64,000 bases of DNA from Squalus acanthias. Taxonomy: Eukaryota. The stretch's first letter is position 1. Each line of letters starts with the position of its first letter. Shown one piece after another: positions 22,992 through 36,162 of this stretch. The DNA is taken from positions 2,668,001 to 2,732,000 of the forward strand of contig JASTWF010000036.1 of NCBI GenBank assembly GCA_030390025.1, given 5' to 3'. The notes below the pieces were generated by a model, which saw only the letters and a list, made by a program, of their open reading frames with translations, searched no databases and was not told the DNA's origin. A program made the position numbers and the translations under genes.

Positions 22992-23238
22992 GCCTAGATC
23001 ATGTGCTCAAATCCTGGAATGGGGCTTGCACCCAGGACCTTCTGACTCAAGGGCAAGAGTGCTGCTGCCTGAGCTAGAGATGAGAATTGGAGAAAAATCA
23101 ATAGTGCTTTACTAAAAAAAATGTTTTGCTTATTCCCTCACATCAGCTTCTGTAAAGTGCACATTTGCTGGATCCATTACTTTTATAAAAGTCACTGGGC
23201 CTAGTCAACGATGCATTAACCACTCTCAAAGGGTCCAT

Positions 23239-23550
23239 TCACCTCCCAAACCCGCGACCTCTTCCACCTAGAAGAACAAGGGCAGCAGGTGCATGGGAAC
23301 AGCACCACCTCCAAGTTCCCCTCCAAGTCACACACCATCCTGACTTGGAAATATATCGCCGATCCTTCATCGTCGCTGGGTCAAAATCCTGGAACCCCCT
23401 CCCTAACAGCAGTGTGGGAGCACCTTCACCACACGGACTGCAGTGGTTCAAGAAGGCAGCTCACCACCACCTTCTCAAGGGCAATTAGGGATGGGCAATA
23501 AATGCTGGCCTTGCCAGTGACACCTACACCCCAGGAACAAATAAAAAAAA
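23239..23550 (+). mobile_element. Family B non-LTR retrotransposon 3' fragment
   Basis: Closely matches the other family B copies and ends in an A-run. Confidence 0.8.
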
Positions 23551-24352
23551 TATGTAATTTTAGAAAGAAAAAGACACCCACGACAACCAGACACATACTT
23601 TACTTTTGCAGAGATTTCCAGAACTGTTTAGTAAGATCAGTATCTTAGACAAAATTCCGAACAGAAAATCTCACATGAAATTCCCTACTCTCTTACTTCC
23701 TCCCCATCACAGACACACCACTGTTTCAGGCCTTGCATCACTGCTGTGCATCTGGGACTGATTTTAGCCAGCACTAATATATACTTAATTATTTAGGAAG
23801 GTGCTATACTAAAGCTAGCTGTCATTGTCGTTGAGAACGCAGTCTAAAACAGCATTTTTTTTTAAATTACATGCAGCTAAATGAAAATGGAAGGTTAGCT
23901 AACTTTCAAAATAATCAGTCACCAGCTTTATGTGTAGTAAAACATTGCAAAATGTATCTATTAAGATTGGTGAAAATGAAATAGATGTTTCAGAAGGGTG
24001 CAAATGCAATACAGGCCTGTGTAGGGAGAGGGAAATACTTTTAAGTGGACCATCCTTTTCTCAGCAAGCATACCTGATTCCAGCTGAGCATTTAGCAGAA
24101 TAATGCATTCTGCATTTAATGGTGCAACATTCCTATCCTCATAGGACAGCGTAATAGCCGACTCACTGAGCAATGCCACGGGGATCCACTTACTAATTAA
24201 AATCATTGAGTCCATCTTTCACTGAAGCCTCATTTTGTGGAATCTGATTGGTTTGTGGCATTAGTTCTTGTATTCTTCCAATTTGATTGGTTCCCCTTCC
24301 TGTTCAGCTTGGTTTCTTCGGATAGTTCACAAATAACTTTTTGTTTCTGTAG

Positions 24353-24589
24353 GGTGGTGCGTTTTTCTTCATTGAGCATGTGGTTGCTGACAAAACAACA
24401 TGGCTGAACTTCTTTCAATATGTGATCCAGCCAGCATGGCGTTACTTTGGGGACGGATGCTATGTGACCAGGGACACTTGGACAAACCTCAAGAAAGCCA
24501 ACTTTTCCCACCTGAATCTAAAGCACATCATTGCACCTTTCAAACGGAGTTTGATCAGCTGCCATATCATCGGATACGGAGTCAAATGA
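24353..24589 (+). CDS. METTL7A: METTL7A/TMT1A-like thiol S-methyltransferase, coding exon 2 (78 aa + stop)
   Basis: Pyrimidine tract TTTTTGTTTCTGTAG with AG at 24351-24352, then phase-0 GGAFFFIEHVVAD...FGDGCYVTRDTW...HIIGYGVK, TGA. It completes the RPGG..F.EHV motif with exon 1. The spliced product is 243 aa, typical of the family. Confidence 0.92.
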   Translation, partial: GGAFFFIEHVVADKTTWLNFFQYVIQPAWRYFGDGCYVTRDTWTNLKKANFSHLNLKHIIAPFKRSLISCHIIGYGVK

Positions 24590-25661
24590 TAAGCTAGCTC
24601 TCGCGAGCTCCATGCCTTATATGCACATGTCTTTTGACTGTGCACCGTTAATTCTTGTTATAAGCATTATTGCAATAATACTTTGTCAATTCATTCTAAT
24701 CACCAGCCATTTAGATGAGCTTTTTTAAGTGTGCTTTTTTAAATCTACCCTATCACGTACAGAGAAATTTCTGCATAAATGCGCTCTCATCCCCAAACAT
24801 AATCATGCAAAGTACCAGAGTACACATCCATCTCCAGCGCCCCCGACACATCATCACTTTTCATATTTGATTATTTCAATCAATACTTATCCCTATATCT
24901 TCCAATCGTACTCTGAACCAGATTATTCAGCTCATTTCTGAAGCGTTATCAACACATAAAGCCGATAAGGGGCCTTTCTTCTCTAATTTTAAGTGTTGTG
25001 CTGCTTACCAAATATTACTCTCTGATTTGAATTTATGAAACAGGGTCCATTTGTGCTGTGGAATTATTTTCAATGTAAAGTACTCCCACTCCCCTATTAC
25101 TTCCAACATGAATTACTATCCTCATTTTATAAATATCAATCATTTACAATGATAACACTTAACATAAAAAATTTTAGAAACAGGAAAAGGCAAGACCTAA
25201 TTTCATGGATTAACCCCACCTAGCTACCTTCACAACATAGGAAAGATTTCCTCTCTGCGCTGTGTAACAAAGTCATAAACTCGTCTGCTTGGCCCTAATC
25301 AAAGTCACAAATTACATCCTGTGAGTGTGATTGTGGTGCATTTCCCTCCCCTATCCTCCTCGACCTATCTACAACCTTTGACATGGTTGACCACACCATG
25401 CTCCTGCAACACCACTCCTCCTTTTACCAGCTCAGTGGGACTGCCTGCGACTGGTTCCATTCTTACCAATCCAAATATAGTCAGACCATCTCACGCGATG
25501 GCTTCTTTTCCCCCCTCCCCACACCATTACCTCTGGAGTCCCCTAGGATCTATCCTTGGCGTCCTCCGCTTCCTCGTGTACGTGCTGCCCCTCGGCAACA
25601 TCATCTGGAGACATGACATCAGGTTCCACATGTACGCTGATGACACCCAGCTCAACCTCTC

Positions 25662-26287
25662 TGTAAGGAAGCGGTTAAATTCTTTATATTAACTTTAGCT
25701 TTTAAGTGAGTTTCTGTTAGAAGGCTGGAAATATCAGTTTCACTTCCAGTGAAATGTTCAGTGGAAAAGTCAGTTTCGTTTACCAGATAGAGACTTTAGC
25801 TGATAAGTGTTCATCTACAAGCTTTCTTTGTCCCAGCCTCATAGATATCTTAGCTGTCCTCCTAGGGATTAACTCCTCCAAGGACACGATGACAGAGTGT
25901 GGGCAGTGATTTCTGTTAAAATTGGAGTTACGACAGCTAATTGGATGAGTTAATGTAGAAACATGCGGTTTCTCACGTAGCTAGAGTGAAAGATTTATAA
26001 AGAATGTGTTAAAATAGATACTTCAGAATTCGAAAAGGCTTGATCAGCCAATTCCCTGGAGCTAGAGAACTGTAACGTGGGAATTCTCCAATACATGGTA
26101 CCGCAAGTGTGACCCTGAGTATATGTGTAATTGTTATTAGCTATGGTTATCATTGTGTGTGTGATTATTGGTAATAATAGCTATCACTGTATGCTTAATT
26201 CCTATGAAAGCCAATAAATGCCTTTGAAGCCTATTATCTTGTGGAAAAACTTATAAATGTATAAGTACGAAGATCCATTTGCTAACA
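25662..26287 (+). mobile_element. Solo LTR (626 bp; Ty3/gypsy or ERV)
   Basis: Termini TGTAAG...CTAACA, 4-bp TSD TCTC (25658-25661 and 26288-26291), AATAAA at 26213-26218. It splits an L2 RT cleanly. Confidence 0.85.
26213..26218 (+). terminator. Candidate polyadenylation signal AATAAA within the solo LTR
   Basis: First AATAAA or ATTAAA found on the + strand after the METTL7A stop codon (24589), by visual scan. Confidence 0.4.
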
Positions 26288-29200
26288 TCTCCACCACCTC
26301 TCGCGACCCCTCCACTGCCTCTTGTTTTCGACATCCAGTCCTGGATGAACTGCAATTTCCTTCAGTTGAAATTGGGAAGACCGAAGCCATCGTCTTTGGC
26401 CCCCACCACAAACTCTGTACCCTCACCACTGATTCCATCCCTCTCCCTGTCCATTCTCTCCGGCTGAACGAGACTGTTGGCAACCTCGGCGTCCTATTTG
26501 ACCCCAAGCTGAGCTTCCGAACGCAGATCCTCTCCATCACAAAGACCACCTACTCCACCTTCATAATATCGCCTGTCTCCATCCATTTATGTCTGATTAC
26601 GACTCTGCGAAGCACCTTGGGACATTTTTCTACGTTAAAGGTACTATATAAATGCAAGTTGTTGTTGATTCAGTGACCTTCCTTGGTAACTTACTGTACA
26701 AAAATATTCCATATTCTCTATCTGCCCCCACGCAATAATGTTTCCATTGAACACACCAGTGAAGTTGCTTGACTTGCAAAAAATGAAAAAAAAACAGTAT
26801 AACACTATTTTAGAACTTCCATTTCTGCCCTACGTTTTCTCCCCTTCTGAATGACTGGCCCTTACTAGGGCACTGTTCCATGGATACCAGCAGCCCTCCA
26901 GTGTCTCACCCAAGTATTTATTCTAAATGTGAGCCTAGACATCAAGTCCCAACAGGACACTTTACATGGGGGAGGTGGGGGGGCGCGAATCACAGCTGAG
27001 TCAACCTTGTCCTTAGGGGACATCCAAGCACATAGATTTTCCAGTGGGGGTCATTGGTTATTAATCAGGAGCAGGATCCCTGCTTATTTTTTTTCTTCCC
27101 CCCCCCCCCCCCCTCCCCCCGAGAAACACGGAGGCCAGAAGGGTAGAGCCCCTCCAATTCAAGATTGTGAAAGGTGTAGTAGGATGAGGGCTCAGATATG
27201 CTAGCAGCCCCGATTTGAACTCCAGGTGGATTCCCCTCTCAGGCCCGAGTTAAAATTACAGTCGGGTTTCAATTATGTAATCGGGCCGCAACATGCACGT
27301 GTAAAGAAGGACCCTGTTGGCTCCGGGTGCGTGTCCTTGCTGCCTGCTCAGGAGAGCAGGTTAAAATTGCAGATGTTGCGATCATAGCGGCTTTCGGACA
27401 GGTAAGAGCCAGGGCGATTGTAACCGCTCACCCGCCAGGTTTCTGCTGAGCGAGGAGAGTTAAAATCGCCCCTGCTATTTCTCTGCCATATAGCAGCCGG
27501 TTGTTAAAAAGGTATTGGGAAAGTGCTGGGAGTCAATTCTCTATTGGTTCTCTGTTCATGGTTCCTGGTTATACATATATAATTGTCTGATCTATGAAGT
27601 GGTAACCAGAGTAATACTGCCAACCACATGATACCCAGATTTCCTGGTATTCAGAAGGGACTGGTGGCATAGAACATGAGTACTGCAGTCATCATCACTA
27701 CCACTTGGCGGGAGGGGAAATTCTGACAGGATCATAAAGAATGATAGTTCTATTACCTGATGATAACTGCTGGGTTGAAATCAACAAATCTACATAATCA
27801 TTAGATCACAGAGATTCCTGGAATAAGCATATAATTCAATTATTCATGAATAAATCAGGAAGCCATTCAATATTAATCAGCCATTATGCTGCCAACAAAA
27901 AGTAATTACATAATCATCTCAATAAAATCCCACCATTTCCAAAGATTCCTATCACATTTCAGGAAGAAATCACAGCAGCAAGATAAATCCCACTGGCTTT
28001 CAGTAATACACACACAATCACACCCCAAAGGAATTAAACCTGAATGTCAATCATATTTAAAATCTAATCAATTAGATCAGAGGTGAACACTAATTGCCCA
28101 ACATGTCGCTCATTTCATTTGTGCTCTTAATGTTTGTAGTCTTCTCCCCCTTTTGTTTAAAAAAAACTATTAGTGCAAATATTTCAACTATTTGCGACTG
28201 CTAGGAAAGAGGCATCAGAATTGACATTTGTTTATTGTTTGTTATGGGATGCCGCATTTATCGCGCTTTGAATCGTACAACAGAAACTCAACTCATTAAA
28301 AAGATCAAACTCCGTTCTGCTAACAGTAGGAATATAGAACTATAATTGTGTGACGTCCTATTTAGCACTTGTCTACCTTCGACTTATCAAGGATTGGACT
28401 GAAACAATGATGTATTAAAAACAATTTACTTTTATCTGACTGCTGCAAGCAAGGTCACAGTCAATGTAATAATTACTTCACTGCAATAGTTTAGTTCAAC
28501 AATCCCATAGCATAAAGCTTGTGGGTTCAGTTCAACATAACTGTGCATCAGATTCATAATTAAACTTTCAGTATTATGATATTTATTTTTTTATATTATA
28601 TCAGAAGGTAATTAACATGTAAATACCTTTTGCCCACATCTAATAGACTGATATAAAATAAGACCTTACCACTTGCTTAGTCAAGTGGTAGTTTAGCCTC
28701 ACAGTTCAGTCTTCACTGCTAGTTCCACCTCAGGTCGATGTCCTCAGTGATTTCTCAACCACCTTCTCTTCCAAATCGTCAGCAGATTCCTTATTATTGT
28801 ACTTCTCATAATTTAAAGGCTTGGCCTACTGTTGAATAACTTATTTTCTGCACTTTCAATATTCTTTACTACTTTTCCACTATTGAAGGACCTTTCATGT
28901 TCTCACCTTCTTACAGCTTGTCGTCTTCTGCAGGTGATCTCAAATTCCACACTATTTAATTATGATTTCCATATTAACTTTAGCGACACGACCAAAAACG
29001 TAACTCCTACACAAACCAATGCTTTAAGAGGATGGATGAGCTTACGTTTAAGTTACTCCTCAAAATAATAAAGTTCACAGCATTACAGGTAGATACTCAC
29101 ATGTTTATTAAGCCTATGATAATAACTATTTGTGACAATAATTAAAGATACACTTAACAGCAGCACTTATGGCAAAACCTTGCGAGTTTACTGGAGATTT

Positions 29201-30170
29201 CACACACATTAACAGCGAAATTGTAGGCTGATCAGGCCTCATCGAATTCTGCGGTCTCCCAGCAACTACTTATTTCTGTTCTTTTTTCCAATCCTGTAAC
29301 ATTTTAGCATTATCTAATGTTCCTTTCATATCCCCTGTCAATAACTTCACTTTTACACATCCTGATTGATCTGTCAATCAAGTCCTTAGGCTGAAGACAG
29401 TTACAGAAATTCATGAACTATCAAAGGCCTTTCAGGGGAGCCTTTGCATACAGGTGTTTATGTATCAATGCACACACCTTCAACATTCCAGACACCTAAC
29501 CATCATAAAATTGTCTACACACCCACTCACACCTACCAGCCTCCCAAGGTCTTGTTACAGGATCTGTCCATATTAAAAGGGATAATCAAACTGCTAGTCA
29601 GATCAGTTCCAATTGAAAAGTTACTGGGCGCAGTTTAACATTAAGATATTAATATAAAGAGAAATCCCATTTGATTAACCCTTCGTTAACAGCTCCCACT
29701 TACTTTTCACTTAAATTTTTGCTGCTGAAGGTGCTGACTTTTGCTAGGTTGTGGTTCCACAGATGTTGGCAGCCCTCAGCACCCCATTGAAGCAGCCATT
29801 CTTCATCTGTGAGCCCTGTGAGTGTTGGGAGGCTATCATGGAGGGAGAGAGGGGGCGTGGTGGTAGCGATGTTGAGCTTGGTCATGTTGCTACCTAGTAT
29901 TTACAAACGTTCATTTTCCAGCAAGAGCTATTTGAGAGCAATCAGGAGTGGGATTCCGGGCTGATTTTTTCTCTTCCATAACCACAGGATTTTGAAGCCT
30001 ATCCTCCACCAACACTGACTGAAATCAACCGACCCAACACAGATCAGGAACTGAACCTCGCCTGTGTGGCTTAACACTATATCACGCAGTGTACTTACTC
30101 ACTGAGTCACTGATGACAACCATTTTTTGTAATAAAACAATTGTGTAAGAGAAACTGTACAACACAAATA

Positions 30171-30243
30171 GGGGGGAGGAGGGGAGAAGCGGAGGGGGGA
30201 GAAGGGGAGGGGGAAGGGGAAAGGGTGGGGGAAGGGGGAGGGG
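30171..30243 (+). repeat. Purine/G-rich low-complexity tract (GGGGA-type)
   Basis: About ten G runs of 3-6 nt separated by short A spacers. Confidence 0.8.
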
Positions 30244-31667
30244 AATGACAGAAAAGACTGGATTATGTTGCCAGTATGCAACAAGTCTTAATATTGAGGT
30301 GACATTGACAGCTTACAGTTATGTACTCCCCCCATGCAGAAGGACATCTCAGAGCACTTTACAAGGGGGAGGAGATTACACCAAGCAGCAATGGGAAATT
30401 AAAGGGGGAACAAAAACACAGCTGAATGGGAAAGGGTTTTGAAGGAACGGAGAGTGGCAACAATGCAAAGTGGATTTGGGAAAGAAATCCTAAGAGCACG
30501 TGTGCATTTTCACCTCTTTAAAAAGCTTAGCTAATTACACTAATAGCTGCTTCCACTTAACACCTAGTTCACCTAACTTTTCATTAACTAGATGAGGCAG
30601 CTAGGTGTTAAGTGGTGGCCAAGTAGTAGGTATTAAGTAGCCAAGAGACGGTCGATGAGAGAGGAAGATGGGGCGGTTTGGGGTTGCTGCTCTTAAGGAG
30701 GCAGTGATGGGGTGCCACGGTGGGTCCATCAGAGAGTGAAAAGGGAGGCACAGAAGTTACCATGGGCTCGTTCAAGGGAAATTTGAGTCTGGGATGGTAG
30801 CAGGAGACAAGTTAGGCTGGGGAGTGGCGATGGGTGGGGATAGGAATTGGGGGGTGGGGATATTGAGGAGTGGGACATGAAAGGCGGCATGAGTGGAAGA
30901 AGAGTTGATCAAGACCCAAGAATGGCCAAAAAACAGATGGAGTGGGATCAGGTCTGGAATGGCAACCAAATGGGCATGATGGTAATTCTGAGTTACATAG
31001 GCATGGCAGAGATTAGGTGGAACAGGTAATAGTGTTAAACTGAAGACAAAGAGAGAGTATCAACCAGGCCAGAATTAAAGAAGGGCCAGGAAGTTGAGGT
31101 AGGGGGAAGATTTGTAGAGGAGGTAAAGGGAAGTGTGGAGAATCCACTAACTAGTGAAGGAGAAAAGTCCAAGGTCAGAGAAAGAAGAGGGGGTGGATCC
31201 AGTAGCCGTCAGAGGGAACAAGGGAATAAAATGGCAGGGAAGAAATTCTGCGGTGGATGCTAAATTCCATGGCTGCAGAATTGTGGGGCACTAGAGGATA
31301 TTACTACACTCAAGTGCTTGATACTCAGTCTTCTGACATCTCCCCGCCACTCCCCGAGTCCCAATCTCCTGCGCCCTAGTCACCCTCTTCCAGCCCAACC
31401 CTGCACCTTTCCCCGCTCCGTCTCTCTCCTCTCCACAAGCTTGTTCGGTTTCCAGTCACTCCTAAGCGGGTGCCGGCTCTTTGTGCTGGTGGGGGTGGGA
31501 GGGTGCTGCTGCGGCACATATTTTAAAAAGGTGCAGTTCTCCCAGGCTGAGAGAAGCAGCGCCCGGGAGATTCGCATCCCATTCCAGGACACAGGGAAAC
31601 CTTAAACACAGCACAACCCGAGCCGTATGTTGACACCTCTGATCTACAGGATGCACTGCGGCAACTC

Positions 31668-32250
31668 ACCAACAACGTGCATTTATATAGCACCTTTAAT
31701 GTAGTGAAACGTCCCAAGGTGCTTCACAGGAGCGATTATCAGACAAAATTTGACCCCGAGCCACATAAGGAGATATTAGGACAGGTGACCAAAAGCTTGG
31801 TCAAAGAGGGAGGTTTTAAGGAGCGTCTTAAAGGAGGAGAGAGAGGCGGAGAGGATTAGGGAGGGAATTCCAGAGCTTAGGGCCTCGGCAGCTGAAGGCA
31901 CGGCCACCAATGGTGGGGCGATGAAAATCGGGGATGCACAAGAGGCCAGAATTGGAGGAGTGCAGAGATCTCGGAGGGTTGTACGGCTGGACAAGGTTCC
32001 ACAGATAGGGAGGGGCGAGGCCATGGAGGGATTTGAACACAAGGATGAGAATTTTAAAATTGAGGTGTTGCTGGACCGGGAGCCAATGTAGGTCAGCGAG
32101 TACAGGGGTGATGGTTGAACGGGACTCGGTGTGAGTTAGGACACGGGCAGCCGAGTTTTTGATGAGCTCAAGTTTACTGGGGGTGGAAGATGGGAAGCCG
32201 GTCAGGAGAGCATTGGAATAGTCAAGTCTAGAGGTAACAAAGGCATGGAC
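31668..32250 (-). mobile_element. L2 3' fragment
   Basis: [15 protein letters not shown]...LHWLPVQQ...KLWNSLP, plus tail. Confidence 0.88.
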
Positions 32251-32269
32251 TTCGACAGCACCTTCCTCC

Positions 32270-32535
32270 TGTAAATTCTGAAAAGGACAAAAGCAGCAAT
32301 GTTGTGGAAACACCGTCACCTCCAAGTCACACACCATCCTGACTTGGAAATATATCGCCGATCCTTCATCGTCGCTGGGTCAAAATCCTGGAACTCCCTC
32401 CCTAACAGCACTGTGGGAGCACCTTCACCACACGGACTGCAGCGGTTCAAGAAGGCGGCCCACCACCACCTTCTCGAGGGCAACTAGGGATGGGCAATAA
32501 ATGCTGGACCTGCCAGTGTCACCTATATCCTGTGA
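32270..32535 (+). mobile_element. Family B non-LTR retrotransposon 3' fragment
   Basis: RSFIVAGSKSWNSLPNSTVGAPSPHGLQRFKKAAHHHLL. Confidence 0.8.
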
Positions 32536-33151
32536 CCAAATTTTTAAAAATAACAAATTCCTTGCTACCCTCAGACTTACCATCCTCCTATAATTCACAT
32601 TTCTATAAGAAAACATACTTAGTTTCATTCAATCACTAACTTACTGGGGGCGATTTTCCCAGCCCCGAGGAGGCGGGACAGTTGGCAAAATGGCAAAAAC
32701 TGAGTGCGGGTTCGGAACCCACCTCCAACCTGCCTCCGCGCAATTTTGCCGGAGGTAGTTTTGATAGGTGCGATTCGGTCCTGCCTCCAGCAGTCCAGAG
32801 AGGTAGTTAAGACCCTTAAATAGTAGTTAAGGGCCTCTATAATCCTATTTTGACAGGCCCTCGTTATTTTTCCACATTTTCAGCGTGTTCCACGACCCTC
32901 CTAAACCATGCCAGCTAATCCTGGCGGGTTGACAAGTGGGTGGCCTCCTCACAGTTGCAGCTCCACCATTAAAACGGAGCTTTCATCAGGGATCAGTTGC
33001 AGGTGGCAGAACTTTGGTTCAAAAGGTCTTTCAGCACTTTTAGCAGAGTCGGAGGTGCTGCATCTTCTATCTCTCAACTGTGGGACCTCCTTGGAAGACC
33101 CTCTCCCCGCTTGGACTGAGCTCTTCCCCAACGGAGGTATCTGCCAGCAGC

Positions 33152-34348
33152 ATGGGAATCATTTATTTCCTTTCACCATGGAGCTCAGATTCGGATGTGG
33201 AGCAGCCACGGCAGCAGCAGAAGCAGGCAGCTCAGCAGCAACAGCAGCAGGAGCTCCAACCTCCTGCTCACCCATCTGATGCTGCACAGGGCAGAAGGCG
33301 CCAGCGCATCGAGGCACCTCGCCGCAGGAGATACCCCCGACAGAGGGTTTACAGACAGAGGATGAGCTACCTCAACATGAGTGAGCAGCAATGCCAAAGG
33401 AGGCTGAGACTTTCGCGAGAGGTTGTGCGAGAGATCTGCGGCCTGCTGCACCAACACCTGGAGCCCAGAGGAGCGGGTGGACTGTTAAAGTCACCACCGC
33501 ACTCAACTTCTTTGCCTCAGGCTCCTTCCAGGGATCATCAGCAGACATCAGCGGCATCTCCCAGTCGGCCGCCCACAGTTGCATCACGCAGGTTACCGAT
33601 GCCCTTTTCGCAAAGATCCACAATTACATCCACTTCTCAAGGGATCAAGCAAGTGTCACCGCGCGTTCAGTTGGCTTTGCAAATATGGCAGGCTTGCCAA
33701 TGGTGCAGGGCGTCATAGACTGCACACATGTGGCCCTTAGGGCACCCCATCACAACCCAGCTATCTTTGTCAACCGCAAGGGCTTCCACTCCCTCAACGT
33801 ACAGCTGGTATGTAACCACAAGAAGGAGATTTTGCATGTTTGCGCCAAGTTCTGCGGTAGTTGCCATGACTCTTTCATCCTGCGGAACTCTAGTGTTCCT
33901 CCGCTCTTCAATCCGCCAAACCAACTTAACGGATGGCTCCTTGGTGACAAGGGCTACCCCCTGAAAGTGGCTAATGACGCCAGCTAACGAGGCTGAAGAG
34001 CGCTACAACGCCAGCCACACTTCGACCAGGTCCATCATCGAGCAAACCATTGGCTTGTTGAAGATGCGATTCCGATGCCTTGACAGATCAGGTGGAGCCC
34101 TACCGTATTCAGCAGCCAGGGTCTCCAGAATGGTCGTGGTCTGCTGTGCACTGCACAACATGGCACAGCATCGTGGCTTGCAGCTTCCTGATGAGCAAGT
34201 GGCTCAGTTCATAGCCTCCTCAGATGAGGATGAGGTGGAGGAGGAGCAGGACCGAGCGCCGGCCTATCGACCAGCAGCGGCGGCAGCACGCGAGCACATG
34301 GCTGCCCGTGATGCAAGGCATGCACTTATCCTGGCCAGTTTTGCATAG
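33152..34348 (+). pseudogene. Harbinger (HARBI1-like) DDE transposase with two frameshifts (about 33480 and 33970)
   Basis: Three consecutive ORF pieces: MGIIYF...polyQ...[28 protein letters not shown]...VIDCTHV...HDSFI...[38 protein letters not shown]...CCALHN. The D, D and E catalytic residues are present. Confidence 0.92.
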
Positions 34349-34605
34349 GTTGCCCATGTTGGCACATGTCCTTGACTCCATCTTAAGACATGATAGACAA
34401 TGGACATGACTCTCTGGCCTCCTTTCACTCTGGCCACCAACCTGACCATGCAAGCATCGCGGAGCCCGCAATGTGGAACTGCCTAAGGCGAAATAACAGA
34501 TGCCATCACACCAACAGTTTGCCATCAAATCATTTTTATACTTTCCAACAGGGATGGCATTTCATCAATACACACAAACATTCACCCAAGTGGCTACCCC
34601 TGTGA

Positions 34606-36162
34606 CTAATGGTGCTTTATTTTTCGCTTACACGTGCTCCTACTCAAAAGGACTTCCATGAAGCTCTGGTTTCTCTGTTCAATAGCTGCCCATCGCTCCT
34701 CCAGAGATGTCAGTCTATTCTGAACAATCACCATGTTTTCCTCACTCCGGCGACTTATTGCCTCCATGGCCGTAGCCAGCCTTTCCACGGAGGTTGCCAT
34801 CCTTTCCGTGGTGCTGTGTATATGCGCCATTGCCTCCCCAACGGCACTGCTCAGGTTAGAGCTGGACTCCTCCATCCTCTCCACACTCGCAGTGACCCTG
34901 GAGACAAGACCTGTCAGAGACTCCTGCACCTGCTCCTGGAGTTCCAGCACCGCTCTCCTTCTGGATGGACCCAGAGGCACAGGGTCCACATGCAGTGGAG
35001 CAGAGCTAGGGGAGTCCTGCGCCCTCCACCGAGGACTCTCCACTGCTGTCCCTGTCTCCACCACCTGCTGATGCTCACCTGTGACATGTGATACACACGG
35101 TGACAACACTAATCTATGTCCCGAAGGTCCCACCGAGGTGTGCGTATGGCGCTGGTGCTGGGTGCGCTTAATTCTGCTGATACTGCGTCCTCAGAGGTTG
35201 CAGGTTCCCCTGAGGAGTCTTGCTGCTCAGCCTCTTCCTCCTGGACAGTTGGGCGGGGAGGTGGGGGGGGGTGGGTGCTCTGTGGATGGTCCTGTGGGGG
35301 AGTGAAGGCATGGGTTAGACATTTGACGGAAGTGTGGCATGCAGATGCAATAGTGCAGATGCTCAAGTGGCATTCTAATAATGTACACCAGCAGCCATTT
35401 CAGTCACTCAAGCAGTGTAAATGAGAGAGAGGCAAAACTATTCTGTCACCAGCTTGCTCTGCCTCGTCCGTCTGTCCGTCCCCCACCTCCACCTCTGCGC
35501 CGGCGATGTCCAGGGCCTCCTCTTCAGCCTGGGTGAGATGGGCTAGGGAAGGTGGCCCTCCTCCTGTCTTCACCCTTTCCCTTCTATTGTGGGCTCTCTT
35601 TTCCTACAGTGAGGGAGACAAGTGGAGTTGGAGTGAGAATGATGGAGTGAATGTAGAGAGTCCAGAGCATAGATGCTCAGAAGGAGACAAAGATGGAGTG
35701 AGGTTCCATGTCCAAGGGCCCTCCCTGTGCATTGTTAGTCGTTGTCATTGCATAACATTGAAAGGGAGTGTGAGGGCAGCATCGTCGAATAGTCAAGTGA
35801 TTGGGTTCATAGAGTGAGAAGGATGGTGAAGGGTGCAAGGGTTGTAAGGGTAAAGTGGGATGTGTAGGAGGAGGTTGACAATGCAGAGTGCTGGTGATGA
35901 GAGGAGAAGGGGAGCAGAAGGAGGGTCAAGCTGAAGGTATACTCACTTTGCCTGATCTTACAAGCTCATTGAACCTTTTACAGCATTGCATCCATGTTCT
36001 GCTGCACACCGACCTGCACCCAGACAGCCTTGGTTTCTTTGGGAGGCCTCTTCCTCCCAGATGAGGGGAAGAGCACCTCCCTGCTGGCTCTCCCCCCGCA
36101 ACCAACATTCCCAGCGCCTCATCCGAGAACCTCGGGGAGGCCCTTGCCTTGGAGTTGGCCAT
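34606..36162 (-). pseudogene. Harbinger Myb/SANT-like gene, 3 exons (36162-35947, 35603-35450, 35291-34606), disrupted
   Basis: MANSKARASPRFSDEALGMLV...RTWMQCCKRFNELVRSGK|gtgagt; ag|EKRAHNRRERVKTGGGPP...EQAG|gtgaca; cag|GP... Intron positions and phases match copy 1. Confidence 0.82.

Larger units (their letters stand above)
21757..23075 (-). mobile_element. Deu-like SINE split by a nested hAT element
   Basis: SINE tail and core at 21757-22088 and tRNA-like head at 22992-23075. The halves rejoin at GCCTAG, as in the copy at 8661-9105. Confidence 0.7.
25290..26667 (+). mobile_element. L2 fragment interrupted by a solo LTR
   Basis: FHMYADDTQLN before 25662, and IGKTEAIVFGP...LGVLFDPKLSF after 26288, then the L2 (TTG)n tail. 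Confidence 0.85.

Noticed and set aside
24587..24620. TGA stop as possible selenocysteine or read-through, with a small palindrome after it
   Set aside because: TGA is followed immediately by TAA, the protein is already family length, and I recognised no SECIS-like hairpin.
33152..34348. Host HARBI1 gene
   Set aside because: It is frameshifted, lies within TIRs and a TSD, and has several paralogous copies in the window, so it is a transposon copy.
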